A stretch of 59,696 bases of DNA from a bacterium (GTDB lineage Bacteria; Patescibacteriota; Minisyncoccia; Minisyncoccales; GWA2-38-27), in contig JAKPCP010000060.1 of the NCBI GenBank assembly GCA_029553225.1, forward strand, positions 1-59,696, written 5' to 3'. The notes below the pieces were generated by a model. It had not been told where the DNA came from. It saw only the letters and a program-made list of their open reading frames with translations, and searched no databases. Positions 7,061 through 17,428 of this stretch are shown here, one piece after another; the stretch's first letter is position 1, and every line of letters begins with the position of its first letter. Both the position numbers and the translations under genes were made by a program.

Positions 7061-8179
7061 TTACTCTTTTTTCAAAGTAATTTCAACTACTGCTAATTCT
7101 AAAGGCAATTGCAAAATTGGAGAATATTTCATTTTGTTTTCAGCATTCAAAAATATATTTAAAATATTTTTTAACTCTTCTTCTTTAAATTTACTTGCTT
7201 GAATGCGAATTTTTTCTTGTTCTTCCTTTGTTAATCCAATAATTATCGGATTTATAATTTCAGGATTTATTTTCATAATCATCACTTGCCTTAAATAACT
7301 AATTAAAGATTTTATAAACTCATTTAAATCATATCCTTTTTCAAAAATATTGTTTATAAAAAACACTGCCTCGCTCGCTTTCTTTTCAATTAATAAATCA
7401 ACAAATTGGCTGATTAAATTTATATCTACAATTCCTAATAAATCTTTAATGTCTTCAACTTTTATTATCTCATTTTCTTTCATTACGCCGGCATAAGTTA
7501 AAACTTGATCTAATAAACTTTCTGCATCCCTCATTGCCCCTTGAGAATTTAAAGCAATTAATTCCAAAGCTTTTTTATCTATTTTTATATTCTCTTTTTG
7601 GCAAATAAATTCTAATCTTTTAACTATTTCTTCCATTGTTAATTTTCTAAAATCAAACCTTTGACATCGGGAAATAATTGTTGGAATCATTTTGTGAATT
7701 TCAGTTGTTGCTAAAATAAAAATAGCATGAGCTGGCGGTTCTTCCAATGTTTTCAAAAGAGCGTTAAACGCTTCTTTTGAAAGCTGATGAGCTTCGTCTA
7801 GAATAAATATTTTATATTTTTCTTTTATTGGCGAAAATTTTATCCCATCTCGAATTTCTCTTATCTCATCTATTCCTCTGTTTGAAGCAGCATCTATTTC
7901 AATTAAATCCATTGATCTTCCCTCCATAATTTCTAAACAAGAATTGCATTTATTACAAGGCTCATACTCTCCTTCTTTTCTATTGTGGCAATTTATTGAT
8001 TTAGCAAAAATTCTAGCAAGAGTTGTTTTTCCAGAACCGCGAGGTCCAGAAAATAAATAAGCATGAGAAATCATATCTCTTGAAATAGCGTTTGAAAGAG
8101 TTTTAACAATATGTTCCTGCCCAATAATTTCTTTAAATGTCTGCGGTCTATATTTTCTATATAAAACTAAATTTTTCAT
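7061..8179 (-). CDS. dnaX: DNA polymerase III subunit gamma/tau (short form)
   Basis: YRPQTFKEIIGQEH, Walker A GPRGSGKTT, Zn module CNKCNSC, ILDEAH and SRCQ motifs. 372 aa, with no tau C-terminal extension. Confidence 0.9.
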   Translation of the reverse strand: MKNLVLYRKYRPQTFKEIIGQEHIVKTLSNAISRDMISHAYLFSGPRGSGKTTLARIFAKSINCHNRKEGEYEPCNKCNSCLEIMEGRSMDLIEIDAASNRGIDEIREIRDGIKFSPIKEKYKIFILDEAHQLSKEAFNALLKTLEEPPAHAIFILATTEIHKMIPTIISRCQRFDFRKLTMEEIVKRLEFICQKENIKIDKKALELIALNSQGAMRDAESLLDQVLTYAGVMKENEIIKVEDIKDLLGIVDINLISQFVDLLIEKKASEAVFFINNIFEKGYDLNEFIKSLISYLRQVMIMKINPEIINPIIIGLTKEEQEKIRIQASKFKEEELKNILNIFLNAENKMKYSPILQLPLELAVVEITLKKE

Positions 8180-8782
8180 TTATTTTTTAAAAACAATAAA
8201 TTTAGAGCCAATAAAATTCCAAGCAAAGGAAGCCAAAGCACCAAAAATGCCAGCAATATTTCCCCATAACTGATTAGAAATTCCCCACTGAGTTCCAATT
8301 GTATCGTTTACAAAAGAAGCAGCAAAAACATTTATCAAAAGCCCAATAAAAGTAACTCCAAAAAAATAAATTGTTTCTTTTAAAGTTTTTCCCGTCTCAG
8401 CTTTTTCAAAAGCCCAAAATTTAGTTATAAAGAATTTTATAAAAGTAGAAAACAAAAAAGAAATTCCTTTAAAAATTCTATAATACCAACCAAAGGTTAA
8501 ACCTGTTAAAACCATCAGTAAATTCAAAATTCCCAAATCTATAATTGTTGCAAAAACGCCAGCTAAAAAATATTTTCCTAATTCATAAATAACTAAAATC
8601 TTTTTTCCAATTAAATAACAAACATAAATGCCTAATAAAGATAAAATTGGAAATAAAATTGGTAAAGAAAAATTATATAATTTTAAAAATTTATCAGGAA
8701 CTATCTCATTAAAAGCGCTTACAAAATAAATAGCAGTAATTTCTCCAATAATTAAAGAATAAACAATATCTGATTTTTTCAT
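8180..8782 (-). CDS. GtrA-like polytopic membrane protein
   Basis: 200 aa with about 4-5 TM helices. The C-terminal half has a GtrA-type pattern (FITKFWAFEK ... FIGSKFIVFK). Its stop abuts the dnaX start. Confidence 0.5.
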   Translation of the reverse strand: MKKSDIVYSLIIGEITAIYFVSAFNEIVPDKFLKLYNFSLPILFPILSLLGIYVCYLIGKKILVIYELGKYFLAGVFATIIDLGILNLLMVLTGLTFGWYYRIFKGISFLFSTFIKFFITKFWAFEKAETGKTLKETIYFFGVTFIGLLINVFAASFVNDTIGTQWGISNQLWGNIAGIFGALASFAWNFIGSKFIVFKK

Positions 8783-8842
8783 ATTTTTAAATCTCTAAAA
8801 CTATGATAAAATATTATAAACTATCTAAAAAATAAAAATAAA

Positions 8843-10219
8843 ATGATTAAACTTTATAACACTTTATCACGAAAAAAAGAAATTTTCAAACCAATAAAAG
8901 ATAAAAAAGTTGGAATGTATACTTGCGGGCCAACTGTTTATGATTACGATCACTTAGGCCATGCTTGGACATATACTCAAGCAGATTTATTAAGAAGAAT
9001 GCTTGAATACAACGGCTATAAAATTAAACAAGTATTAAATATTACTGATGTTGGGCATTTAACTGATGATTCTGATAGCGGAGAAGATAAAATGGAAAAA
9101 AGCGCAAAAGAAAAGAAAAAAAATGTTTTTGAAATTGCTGATTATTACATTAAAATTTATCTTGAAAATCGAAAAAAACTTAATTTAGAAGAGCCGGAAA
9201 TTATCTGTAGAGCAACTGACCATATAAAAGAAATGATAGATTTAATAAAAATACTGATAAAAAAAGGATATGCCTATGAAACAGAGGACGGCATTTATTT
9301 TGAAGTTAAAAAATTTCCATTTTATGGAAAACTATCGGGAAATACTTTAAAGAAACTTAAAGCAGGAGCAAGAATTGAAATTAATCCTTATAAAAAAAGC
9401 CCTTTTGATTTTGCTTTATGGAAGCTAACTCCTAAGGGAGTGAAAAGACAAATGGAATGGGATTCTCCTTGGGGAAAAGGATTTCCTGGCTGGCATATTG
9501 AATGTTCAGCAATGTCAATGAAATATTTAGGAAAAACTTTTGATATTCATACTGGAGGCGAAGATAATATTTTTCCCCACCATGAATCAGAAATTGCCCA
9601 ATCAGAAGCAGCAACAGGAAAAAAATTTGTAAATTACTGGTTTCACCCGCGCTTTTTAAAAATAAACGGGCAGAAAATGTCAAAATCTTTAAAAAACTTT
9701 CTTACTCTTTCTGATATTGAAAAAGAAGGTTTTTCAGCAATTGATCTAAGATATCTTTTTTTAACTTCTCATTATAAATCTCCTTTTAACTTTACTTTTA
9801 AAAAATTAAAAAATGCCCAAATTTCTTTAAATAAAATTTATGAAAATTTTTCACTATTAAAAGAAGGAAAAGGAGAAATTGATAAAAAATATAAAAAAGA
9901 ATTTTTAAATGCAATAAACGATGATTTAAACATGCCAAAAGCAATATCAGTTTTATGGAAATTAATAAAAGATAAAAAAATTAAAGAAGAAAATAAAAGA
10001 GCAACCTTAATTGATTTTGATAAGGTATTAGGATTAAATATTGAAAAAATTGAAAAAGAAATTATTCCTCCTTTAATTGAGGATTTAGCTTATCAAAGAG
10101 AAAAATTAAGAAAAGAAAAAAAATGGGAAGAAGCAGACAAATTAAGAAAAGAAATTGAAAAAAATGGATACAGAATAGATGACACAAAAAAAGGCCCTAT
10201 AATTAAAAAAATAAAATAA
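8843..10219 (+). CDS. cysS: Cysteine--tRNA ligase
   Basis: CGPTVYDYDHLGHA (HIGH-type) and KMSKSLKN (KMSKS) motifs. 458 aa. Confidence 0.95.
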   Translation: MIKLYNTLSRKKEIFKPIKDKKVGMYTCGPTVYDYDHLGHAWTYTQADLLRRMLEYNGYKIKQVLNITDVGHLTDDSDSGEDKMEKSAKEKKKNVFEIADYYIKIYLENRKKLNLEEPEIICRATDHIKEMIDLIKILIKKGYAYETEDGIYFEVKKFPFYGKLSGNTLKKLKAGARIEINPYKKSPFDFALWKLTPKGVKRQMEWDSPWGKGFPGWHIECSAMSMKYLGKTFDIHTGGEDNIFPHHESEIAQSEAATGKKFVNYWFHPRFLKINGQKMSKSLKNFLTLSDIEKEGFSAIDLRYLFLTSHYKSPFNFTFKKLKNAQISLNKIYENFSLLKEGKGEIDKKYKKEFLNAINDDLNMPKAISVLWKLIKDKKIKEENKRATLIDFDKVLGLNIEKIEKEIIPPLIEDLAYQREKLRKEKKWEEADKLRKEIEKNGYRIDDTKKGPIIKKIK

Positions 10220-10223
10220 AAAA

Positions 10224-10248
10224 GCCTTGCGAATTAAATTCGCAAGGC
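10224..10248. terminator. Hairpin between convergent cysS and a small minus-strand gene
   Basis: gccttgcgaat/attcgcaaggc forms an 11-bp stem. The U-tract is on the minus-strand side (A-run 10201-10223). Confidence 0.6.
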
Positions 10249-10256
10249 ACAAAGAA

Positions 10257-10448
10257 CTAAGAATAAAGTTCGTCGCAATTCGGACATTTTGATGCCTTCC
10301 TTCTTTGCGGATCTATATATCCGCAATAACGACAAGCATTCATAAGCTCATGCTTTGAAAACAAAAAAGTATTTAGCTTGTTATCTTTTTTTTCTTTTTT
10401 CTCCCTATTAATTTTTTTCTGGGGGATAAAAACTTTCTTTCTACTCAT
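10257..10448 (-). CDS. Small basic zinc-ribbon protein (CxxC...CxxC)
   Basis: 63 aa with a Lys-rich N-terminus and CRYC...CPNC. Followed by a hairpin terminator. Confidence 0.45.
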   Translation of the reverse strand: MSRKKVFIPQKKINREKKEKKDNKLNTFLFSKHELMNACRYCGYIDPQRRKASKCPNCDELYS

Positions 10449-10477
10449 TAAGGCATTCCTCCTTTCTCTTTCAAAAA

Positions 10478-11098
10478 TTAAGTTGTTTCTTCTTTTTTAT
10501 GATTTTCTATAAATTTTTTGGAATATTTATAAAGAAAACCTATAAAAAAGATTGTTTTTTCAATGAAATTGCATAAAAAATTTATAATTCCTATGCCAAT
10601 AACACCTATCCCAATTAAAATTAAGCATGCCTTCAAAATTGTAATTTCATCATCCTTAGTTAAATCCGGAAGATCAATAATAAAACTTTCTTTTTTAAAA
10701 TTAAGAGTAAAAAAACTCTTAATTTCTTTTTCAGTTTCTATCCACTTCGGATTTAATAAAGAAATTTTTGAATGCTCTACTATTTTCTCAACCTCTTTTA
10801 AAATTCTCGGAGATTCTATCTTTAAACCCGCAAAATACAAAATCCTATTGCTTTCGTCTATTAGAGAAGAAACCTTTAAATAATTATCCTCTAATATCTT
10901 CATTTCTTCTCTCTTTAAACGATTATCTTCAATAAAATCTTCTAACATTTTTTGAAAATTTATTTCTTCTAATAATGTATAGACCTCTTCATTTTTTTGA
11001 AGAAATAAATTTTCTGCGTACACTTTAACGCATACTGGCAAATCATTAGTAAAAACTAAACCAGTCACAGACACAAATACAAGCAAAAAAGTAATCAT
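10478..11098 (-). CDS. Hypothetical membrane-anchored protein
   Basis: 206 aa with an N-terminal signal/TM segment and a C-terminal TM segment. Consensus promoter upstream (TTGACA 11189-11184, TATAAT 11167-11162). Confidence 0.45.
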   Translation of the reverse strand: MITFLLVFVSVTGLVFTNDLPVCVKVYAENLFLQKNEEVYTLLEEINFQKMLEDFIEDNRLKREEMKILEDNYLKVSSLIDESNRILYFAGLKIESPRILKEVEKIVEHSKISLLNPKWIETEKEIKSFFTLNFKKESFIIDLPDLTKDDEITILKACLILIGIGVIGIGIINFLCNFIEKTIFFIGFLYKYSKKFIENHKKEETT

Positions 11099-11251
11099 TT
11101 CTAATTCTCCTTTGAAATTGTTAAATATTGTTAAATTTTCAATGAGCTTTATTTATATTATATTATATATTAAAATTATTATTTGTCAATAGTTTAAAAC
11201 ATTAAAAATGTTATAATTAATATAGAAAAATAAATAATAAAAATTGATATT

Positions 11252-12268
11252 ATGAAAGAAGCATATTTATATAAAAAATTAAAAGATAAAAAAATACAAT
11301 GCCAAAATTGCGCTCATTATTGCCTAATTGAAGAAAAAAATAAAGGAATTTGTAAAGTAAGGGAAAATATTGATGGAAAACTTTATGCTTTAAATTATAG
11401 AAAAATTATCGCTATAAATATTGATCCAATAGAAAAAAAACCATTTTTCCATTTTTTACCTGGCACACGTTCTTTATCAATTGCTACAGTTGGTTGTAAT
11501 TTTGCTTGTAAAAATTGCCAAAATTGGGAAATATCTCAAGCGCCTAAATTAACAAATAAAATAGAGGGGGAAGAAATATCTCCAGAAAAAATTGTTGAAA
11601 TAGCAAAAGAAAATAATTTGAAAAGTATTTCTTATACCTACACTGAACCTGCTATTTTTTCTGAATATGCAATAGACACAATGAAGATAGCAAAAAAAGA
11701 AGGTTTAAAAAATGCCTGGGTTTCAAATGGATTTTGGTCAAAAGAATTATTAGATATCGCTTATCAATACATTAACGCAGCAAATATAGATTTAAAAGGA
11801 TTTTCTGATGAATTTTATATAAAATATTGCGCTGGAAAATTACAACCAGTATTAGATACTTTAAAAAGATTAAAAGAAAAGAAAATTTGGACAGAAATAA
11901 CTACTTTAATTATCCCCTCTTTAAATGATGATCAAAAAACCTTAAAAGAGATTGCTAATTTTATAAAAAAAGAGTTAGGAGAAGAAACTCCTTGGCATGT
12001 TACTCAATTTTCAAAAGAACTTTCTTGGCAACTTAAAGATTTAGAAAATACCCCAGTTAAAACATTAGAAGAAGCTTATAGAATTGGTAAAGAATCTGGT
12101 TTAAAATATGTTTATACAGGAAACATTGCTGGTCTGCCTTTTGAAAATACTTTTTGCCCAAAATGTAAAAGTTTAGTAATTAAAAGAACAGGATATTTTA
12201 TAGAAAGATATGATATAAATGGAAAATGCTTTAAATGTAATGAAGACCTTAATTTAATTTTAAATTAA
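11252..12268 (+). CDS. amrS: AmmeMemoRadiSam system radical SAM enzyme
   Basis: CNFACKNC (CxxxCxxC) cluster and PflA-like layout. Adjacent to AMMECR1 and Memo genes. Confidence 0.85.
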   Translation: MKEAYLYKKLKDKKIQCQNCAHYCLIEEKNKGICKVRENIDGKLYALNYRKIIAINIDPIEKKPFFHFLPGTRSLSIATVGCNFACKNCQNWEISQAPKLTNKIEGEEISPEKIVEIAKENNLKSISYTYTEPAIFSEYAIDTMKIAKKEGLKNAWVSNGFWSKELLDIAYQYINAANIDLKGFSDEFYIKYCAGKLQPVLDTLKRLKEKKIWTEITTLIIPSLNDDQKTLKEIANFIKKELGEETPWHVTQFSKELSWQLKDLENTPVKTLEEAYRIGKESGLKYVYTGNIAGLPFENTFCPKCKSLVIKRTGYFIERYDINGKCFKCNEDLNLILN

Positions 12269-12819
12269 TCTCCAAAAACTTCAGCTTCAAAAACATAAAA
12301 ATCTATAGGATTCTTTTTCCAATAATCTGAAGAAAGGCCTATTTTCATCATTAATTCATTTAAAAAAGTTTCTCTATCAAAATTATTTTCTGTAGCAACT
12401 TGAGGTAAAAAAAGGCCTGTTTTATTTCCAGTTACTGCCAATACTCCATGTTTTCCAATTTCAATTTCTTCAATAGAATTAATTTTTTTAAAAGGAGTTA
12501 AAACTGAAATTTCATATTTTAAATCCTTTAACTCATCTTCGTTTACTGGTAAAAAACGATAATCTTCTACTGCAGCAGCAACAGCCATTTTGCTTATCAC
12601 TTTAAATAAAGGCATATCATCTGCTATTCTTCCAATGCATCCTCTTAAATTTCCGTTTTTTAAGATAGTTACAAAAGCTGCTCTTTTTTCTTTTAATTTT
12701 TCAGAATTTACTTCAAAATTAGGAATTTTTCCTGTTTTTATAAAACTTTCAACAGAATCTCGAGCTATTTTTAATAATTCTTTTTTTTCTATTTCACTAA
12801 AATTAATTTTATCATCCAT
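12265..12819 (-). CDS. amrA: AMMECR1-domain protein (AmmeMemoRadiSam system protein A)
   Basis: LRGCIGRI motif. 184 aa. Confidence 0.85.
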   Translation of the reverse strand: MDDKINFSEIEKKELLKIARDSVESFIKTGKIPNFEVNSEKLKEKRAAFVTILKNGNLRGCIGRIADDMPLFKVISKMAVAAAVEDYRFLPVNEDELKDLKYEISVLTPFKKINSIEEIEIGKHGVLAVTGNKTGLFLPQVATENNFDRETFLNELMMKIGLSSDYWKKNPIDFYVFEAEVFGD

Positions 12820-12854
12820 ATTTTTCTTCTTTTAATAATAATTTTTAAAATAAT

Positions 12855-13655
12855 TTAGGTATAAAAAGCAACTGCACCATAACCGACAACTCTTAATTTA
12901 TCTCCAAAAGTATCTCCAGAATTTAAATATTTTAATATTTTTCCATAAGCGCCTAATTTTTCGCTAATTTTCATTAAAGTTTTAATAGCGTCTTTTCCAC
13001 AAGCATCTAAATTATAATAATCAAAATTTATAATTGAATTTAATGTCTTTCTATCTATTTCTTGGGCTTGATTATAGGGAAGATAATGAGACAAATCTGA
13101 AGAAGCAATAATTAAAATTTTTTTATCTTTTATATTTTCCAAAATTGCTTCGGCTAATTTTTCCCAATCTTTATTTTCTGATCCAAAAATAATAGGCAAA
13201 ATTTTAAAATCTTTTAATGTTTTTTGCAGAAAAGGAAGTTGAACTTCTAAAGCATGCTCAAAAAGATGTGTTGAATCCCTCTCAAAAAATCTATCTGAAA
13301 AAGAAATAATTTTTTTCGCTAATGAATTATCAATTTCTAACTTTCCTAATGGGGTTTCCCAATAACCACTCGTCCAAATAGAAACACCTTCAAAATATTC
13401 AAGATGAGAATCGCCAATTAAAATTACGGTATCAAAATTTTTGTTCTCAATAGCTTTCATCCCATAAGCAGCCACTTGACCAGAAAAAACATATCCAGCG
13501 TGAGGTAAAATTAAACCAAAAACATCTCCTTCAATTTCAAAAGGCTCAACTTGAGATAAATAAATATCAATCATCCTTTCTAATTCTTTTTTATTCTCGG
13601 GATAAAATTCTCCACTTACAGCAGGGAATCTAATTTTTTGTTTAAATTCTACCAT
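12855..13655 (-). CDS. amrB: Memo-like protein (AmmeMemoRadiSam system protein B)
   Basis: PHAGYVFSG and SSDLSHY motifs. 266 aa. Confidence 0.85.
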   Translation of the reverse strand: MVEFKQKIRFPAVSGEFYPENKKELERMIDIYLSQVEPFEIEGDVFGLILPHAGYVFSGQVAAYGMKAIENKNFDTVILIGDSHLEYFEGVSIWTSGYWETPLGKLEIDNSLAKKIISFSDRFFERDSTHLFEHALEVQLPFLQKTLKDFKILPIIFGSENKDWEKLAEAILENIKDKKILIIASSDLSHYLPYNQAQEIDRKTLNSIINFDYYNLDACGKDAIKTLMKISEKLGAYGKILKYLNSGDTFGDKLRVVGYGAVAFYT

Positions 13656-13705
13656 TTTAATAATTATTATTTATTTTATTATATTTTAATTAATTTTAAA
13701 AATTA

Positions 13706-14869
13706 TTAAATTTTATCTGCTTTCTTATTAAATTTTTTAGAAAAACGATGAGCTTCATCTCTTACTTTTAATAAAACTTCTTTTTGTTCTTCAATTAAAT
13801 TTTTAATTGTTTTTTTTGTTTTTGGAAGAAAAATTAATTTGTCATTTTGATATTTTGAAATCCCAATAATAGGAATTTCGCAATTTATTTCTTTAAAATA
13901 TTTTTGAATATATGATAGCTGAGGTTTTCCGCCATCTAAAACAATTAAATCCGGCAAACGCCATTCTTTGTGCTTTAATCTTCTAGAAATCACTTCTTTT
14001 AATGCCTCTAAATCATTGTTTAACTGCGCCCGTTTAACCTTAAAAATACGATAATCAGATGGAGATTTTTTATTATTTATAAAAACAACCATTGAGCCAT
14101 AAGTATTTTTTCCAGAAAAATGAGATATATCATAGCCTTCTATTCTATAAAAACGAGGAGAAAGATAATAATCATCCTTTTCCAGTAAAATAACATCTTG
14201 TAAATGTTTTAAAGCGTCAATTTTTTCCGGATTTTCTTTAAATAATTTTTTAAATAAAGTTTGCTTTTTGCCTTTTAAAAAAAGAGTTAAATTATCAATA
14301 TTTTTTTGGTATTCCCTATTGGATATTTTCCCAAAACATGCACCAGGGCATAACCCAATTTCATAATCAAAACAAGGCTTGCCTGAATTTATCTTACAAG
14401 TGCTGTAGGGAAAAATTCTTCTTAAAATTCTTAAAACATTATTCAATAAAGAAACGCTTTTAAAGGGTCCAAAAATTTCTGCTTTTTCGTTTAAAAATTT
14501 TTTAAGTTCTCTTTCTCTTACAATTATTGGTTTTGTAAATTCTTTTTTAGGAATAACTAAATAAACAAAAGAACGGTTATCTTTTTCTCTAATATTATAT
14601 TTTGGTAAATATTTTTTGATTAAATTTGCTTCTAAAATTACTGCCTCTAATAAATTTTGAGTTTTAATATATTTAATTTTTTCTGCTAAATTAACAAATT
14701 CTTGAATTCTCGGTTCTAAATTTTTCTGAAAATAACTGCTTAATCTATTTTTTAAAGACGATGCTCGCCCTACATATAAAACTTTATTATTTTTATCTAA
14801 AAAAATATAAACACCAGGACTTTTAGGCAAATTTTTAATTTCTAAATTTTTTATTTTTACAATAGACAT
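13706..14869 (-). CDS. uvrC: Excinuclease ABC subunit C, short form lacking the C-terminal (HhH)2
   Basis: GIY-YIG block (PGVYIFLDKNNKVLYVGRASSLKNRL) and RNase H-like domain (IEGYDISH). Ends right after RDEAHRF. 387 aa. Confidence 0.85.
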   Translation of the reverse strand: MSIVKIKNLEIKNLPKSPGVYIFLDKNNKVLYVGRASSLKNRLSSYFQKNLEPRIQEFVNLAEKIKYIKTQNLLEAVILEANLIKKYLPKYNIREKDNRSFVYLVIPKKEFTKPIIVRERELKKFLNEKAEIFGPFKSVSLLNNVLRILRRIFPYSTCKINSGKPCFDYEIGLCPGACFGKISNREYQKNIDNLTLFLKGKKQTLFKKLFKENPEKIDALKHLQDVILLEKDDYYLSPRFYRIEGYDISHFSGKNTYGSMVVFINNKKSPSDYRIFKVKRAQLNNDLEALKEVISRRLKHKEWRLPDLIVLDGGKPQLSYIQKYFKEINCEIPIIGISKYQNDKLIFLPKTKKTIKNLIEEQKEVLLKVRDEAHRFSKKFNKKADKI

Positions 14870-17398
14870 TTATTTTTTAAGATAATCTTTTAAGTATTTT
14901 CCAGTATAAGATTTTTCATTATTTGCTATCTCTTCCGGAGCGCCACAACCAATAATTTTCCCCCCATTTTCTCCGCCTAAAGGGCCTAAATCAATAATAT
15001 AATCAGCAGACTTAATTATATGCATATTATGTTCTATCAAAATTACTGAATTTCCTTTTTCAATTAATTTATTTAATACTTTTAAAAGCATTTCTATATC
15101 ATAATAATGAAGGCCAACTGTTGGCTCATCAAGTAAATAAAGCGCTCTTTTGCCTAATCTTGTTGTTAATTCACGAGATAATTTAATTCTTTGAGCTTCT
15201 CCGCCTGATAAAGTTGTTGCGCTTTGCCCTAATTGAATATATCCCAAACCAACTTCCTCTAAAACCTTTAATTTGTCAGTAATACTATAAATTCCATCAA
15301 AAAATTTTAAAGCTTCAGTTACTGTCATTTTTAAAACATCGCTTATATTTTTATTTTTATACTTTATGTTTAAAGTTTCCCTATTAAATCTTTTTCCATG
15401 ACAAACTTCGCATTCAACCATAACTGGAGGTAAAAAATGCATTTCAATAAGTTTATAACCTGCTCCTTCGCATGCTTCGCATCTTCCTCCTTTAACATTA
15501 AAAGAAAAACGATTAATCTTATAACCCCTTACCCTGCTTTCTTCCAGTGAAGCATAAAATTCCCTAATAGGAGTAAAAATACCAGTATATGTTGCTGGAT
15601 TAGAACGAGGTGTTCTTCCTATCGGCGATTGATCAACCATTATTACTTTATCTAAATACTCTGTCCCTAAAATTCTCTTAACATTTTCTAAAGAATTATC
15701 TCTATTAAATATTTTTGAAATATTTTTATATAAAACATCATAAGCTAAAGAAGATTTTCCGCTGCCTGAAACACCAGTTATAACAACTAATTTTCTTAAA
15801 GGTATTTCTACATTTATATTTTTTAAATTATTTGCTTTTGCTCCAAAAATTTGTAATTTTTCAGTTATTTTTTTCCTTCTTGTAATAGGCAAAGAAATCT
15901 TTTTTTCTCCTTTTAAATAAGATAAAGTTAAAGATTGAGAATTTTTACTTTTAATTAATTTTTCTGTTTCTCCTTCTACTACCACTTCCCCACCATTTTC
16001 TCCTGCTCCCGGACCTAAATCAACTAAATAATCCGAAGAATAAATTGTTTTCTCGTCGTGTTCAACAATAATAATTGTATTATGTTTTTCTTTTAAGGAT
16101 TTTAAAATATTTATTAATTTTTCTGTATCCTTTTCATGAAGACCAATTGTTGGCTCATCTAAAACATATAAAGTATTTGATAATTGTGAACCTATCTGCG
16201 ATGCTAATCTTATCCTCTGCGCTTCTCCGCCAGATAAGGTTTCTGCTTCCCTATCTAAAGTAAGATATTCTAATCCCACCTCCTTTAAAAAATTTAACCT
16301 TTCTTTAATTGTTTTAATTAATTCTTTAGCAATTATTTTTTCTCTTTCTTCTAATTTTTCTTCATATAAATCAAAAAAATCAATTGCTTTCTCGATTGAT
16401 AAAGTCGTAATTTCATAAATATTTTTTCCATTAATTTTTATTGATAAAGCCTCGTTTTTTAATCTTTTTCCTTTACATTCTGAACAAACTTCATTCGAAA
16501 AAATATTTTCTTTCCCTAACCCAAAACAAACTGGACAAGCGCCATAAGGACTATTAAAAGAAAAAAGACGAGGTTCAATTTCCGGAAAAGCAAAATTATC
16601 ATTTGGACAAGTCCACAAGCTAGATAAAAGCAGTTGTTTAGAATCTTCTATTTTTTTTACATCCTCAAAAATAATTCTAACTAATCCTTTACTATAATAA
16701 AGCGCGTTTTCTACTGCTTCAAATAATCTTAAATTATCGTTTAATAAAACTTTATCAATTATAATTTCAATATCATGGTTTTGATATCGAGATAAATTTA
16801 TTCTTTCATGTAAAGAGTGTTTTACTTTATCAATGTATACCTCAGAATATCCTAAAGAAAGAAAATCATAGAGCAATTGATAATATTCTCCCTTTCTACC
16901 TCTTACAACTGGAGATAAAATAACTACATAATCTTTTTTTAATAATTTTGCTTCTTTTAAAATAATATCTATCATCTCGTCAATCGATAATTTTTTTATT
17001 TTTGAACCGCAAACAGGACAAAAAACTTCTCCTAATCGTGAAAATAAAACCCTTAAATAATCATAAATTTCAGTTAGTGTCCCAACTGTTGAACGAGGAT
17101 TATGAGATAAAGCTTTTTGATCAATAGCAATTGCTGGAGAAAGCCCTATAATTTCATCAACATCAGGTTTATCCATTTGGCCTAAAAATTGTCTAGCATA
17201 CGGAGAAAGAGATTCAATATATCTTCTTTGTCCTTCAGCAAAAATTGTATCAAAAGCAAGCGATGATTTACCAGAACCAGACAAACCGCTAAAAACTATA
17301 AGTTTATTTTTTGGAATTTCTAAACTTATATTTTTTAAATTATGCACTCTTGCTCCTTTTATTATAATTTTATCTTCATTTAAATTTTTATCTTCCAT
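14870..17398 (-). CDS. uvrA: Excinuclease ABC subunit A
   Basis: Two ABC modules ([18 protein letters not shown]), LSGGE signatures and Zn-finger Cys pairs. 842 aa. Confidence 0.95.
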   Translation of the reverse strand: MEDKNLNEDKIIIKGARVHNLKNISLEIPKNKLIVFSGLSGSGKSSLAFDTIFAEGQRRYIESLSPYARQFLGQMDKPDVDEIIGLSPAIAIDQKALSHNPRSTVGTLTEIYDYLRVLFSRLGEVFCPVCGSKIKKLSIDEMIDIILKEAKLLKKDYVVILSPVVRGRKGEYYQLLYDFLSLGYSEVYIDKVKHSLHERINLSRYQNHDIEIIIDKVLLNDNLRLFEAVENALYYSKGLVRIIFEDVKKIEDSKQLLLSSLWTCPNDNFAFPEIEPRLFSFNSPYGACPVCFGLGKENIFSNEVCSECKGKRLKNEALSIKINGKNIYEITTLSIEKAIDFFDLYEEKLEEREKIIAKELIKTIKERLNFLKEVGLEYLTLDREAETLSGGEAQRIRLASQIGSQLSNTLYVLDEPTIGLHEKDTEKLINILKSLKEKHNTIIIVEHDEKTIYSSDYLVDLGPGAGENGGEVVVEGETEKLIKSKNSQSLTLSYLKGEKKISLPITRRKKITEKLQIFGAKANNLKNINVEIPLRKLVVITGVSGSGKSSLAYDVLYKNISKIFNRDNSLENVKRILGTEYLDKVIMVDQSPIGRTPRSNPATYTGIFTPIREFYASLEESRVRGYKINRFSFNVKGGRCEACEGAGYKLIEMHFLPPVMVECEVCHGKRFNRETLNIKYKNKNISDVLKMTVTEALKFFDGIYSITDKLKVLEEVGLGYIQLGQSATTLSGGEAQRIKLSRELTTRLGKRALYLLDEPTVGLHYYDIEMLLKVLNKLIEKGNSVILIEHNMHIIKSADYIIDLGPLGGENGGKIIGCGAPEEIANNEKSYTGKYLKDYLKK

Positions 17399-17428
17399 AT
17401 TTTGAAATAATATAATCTTCTAAAATAA

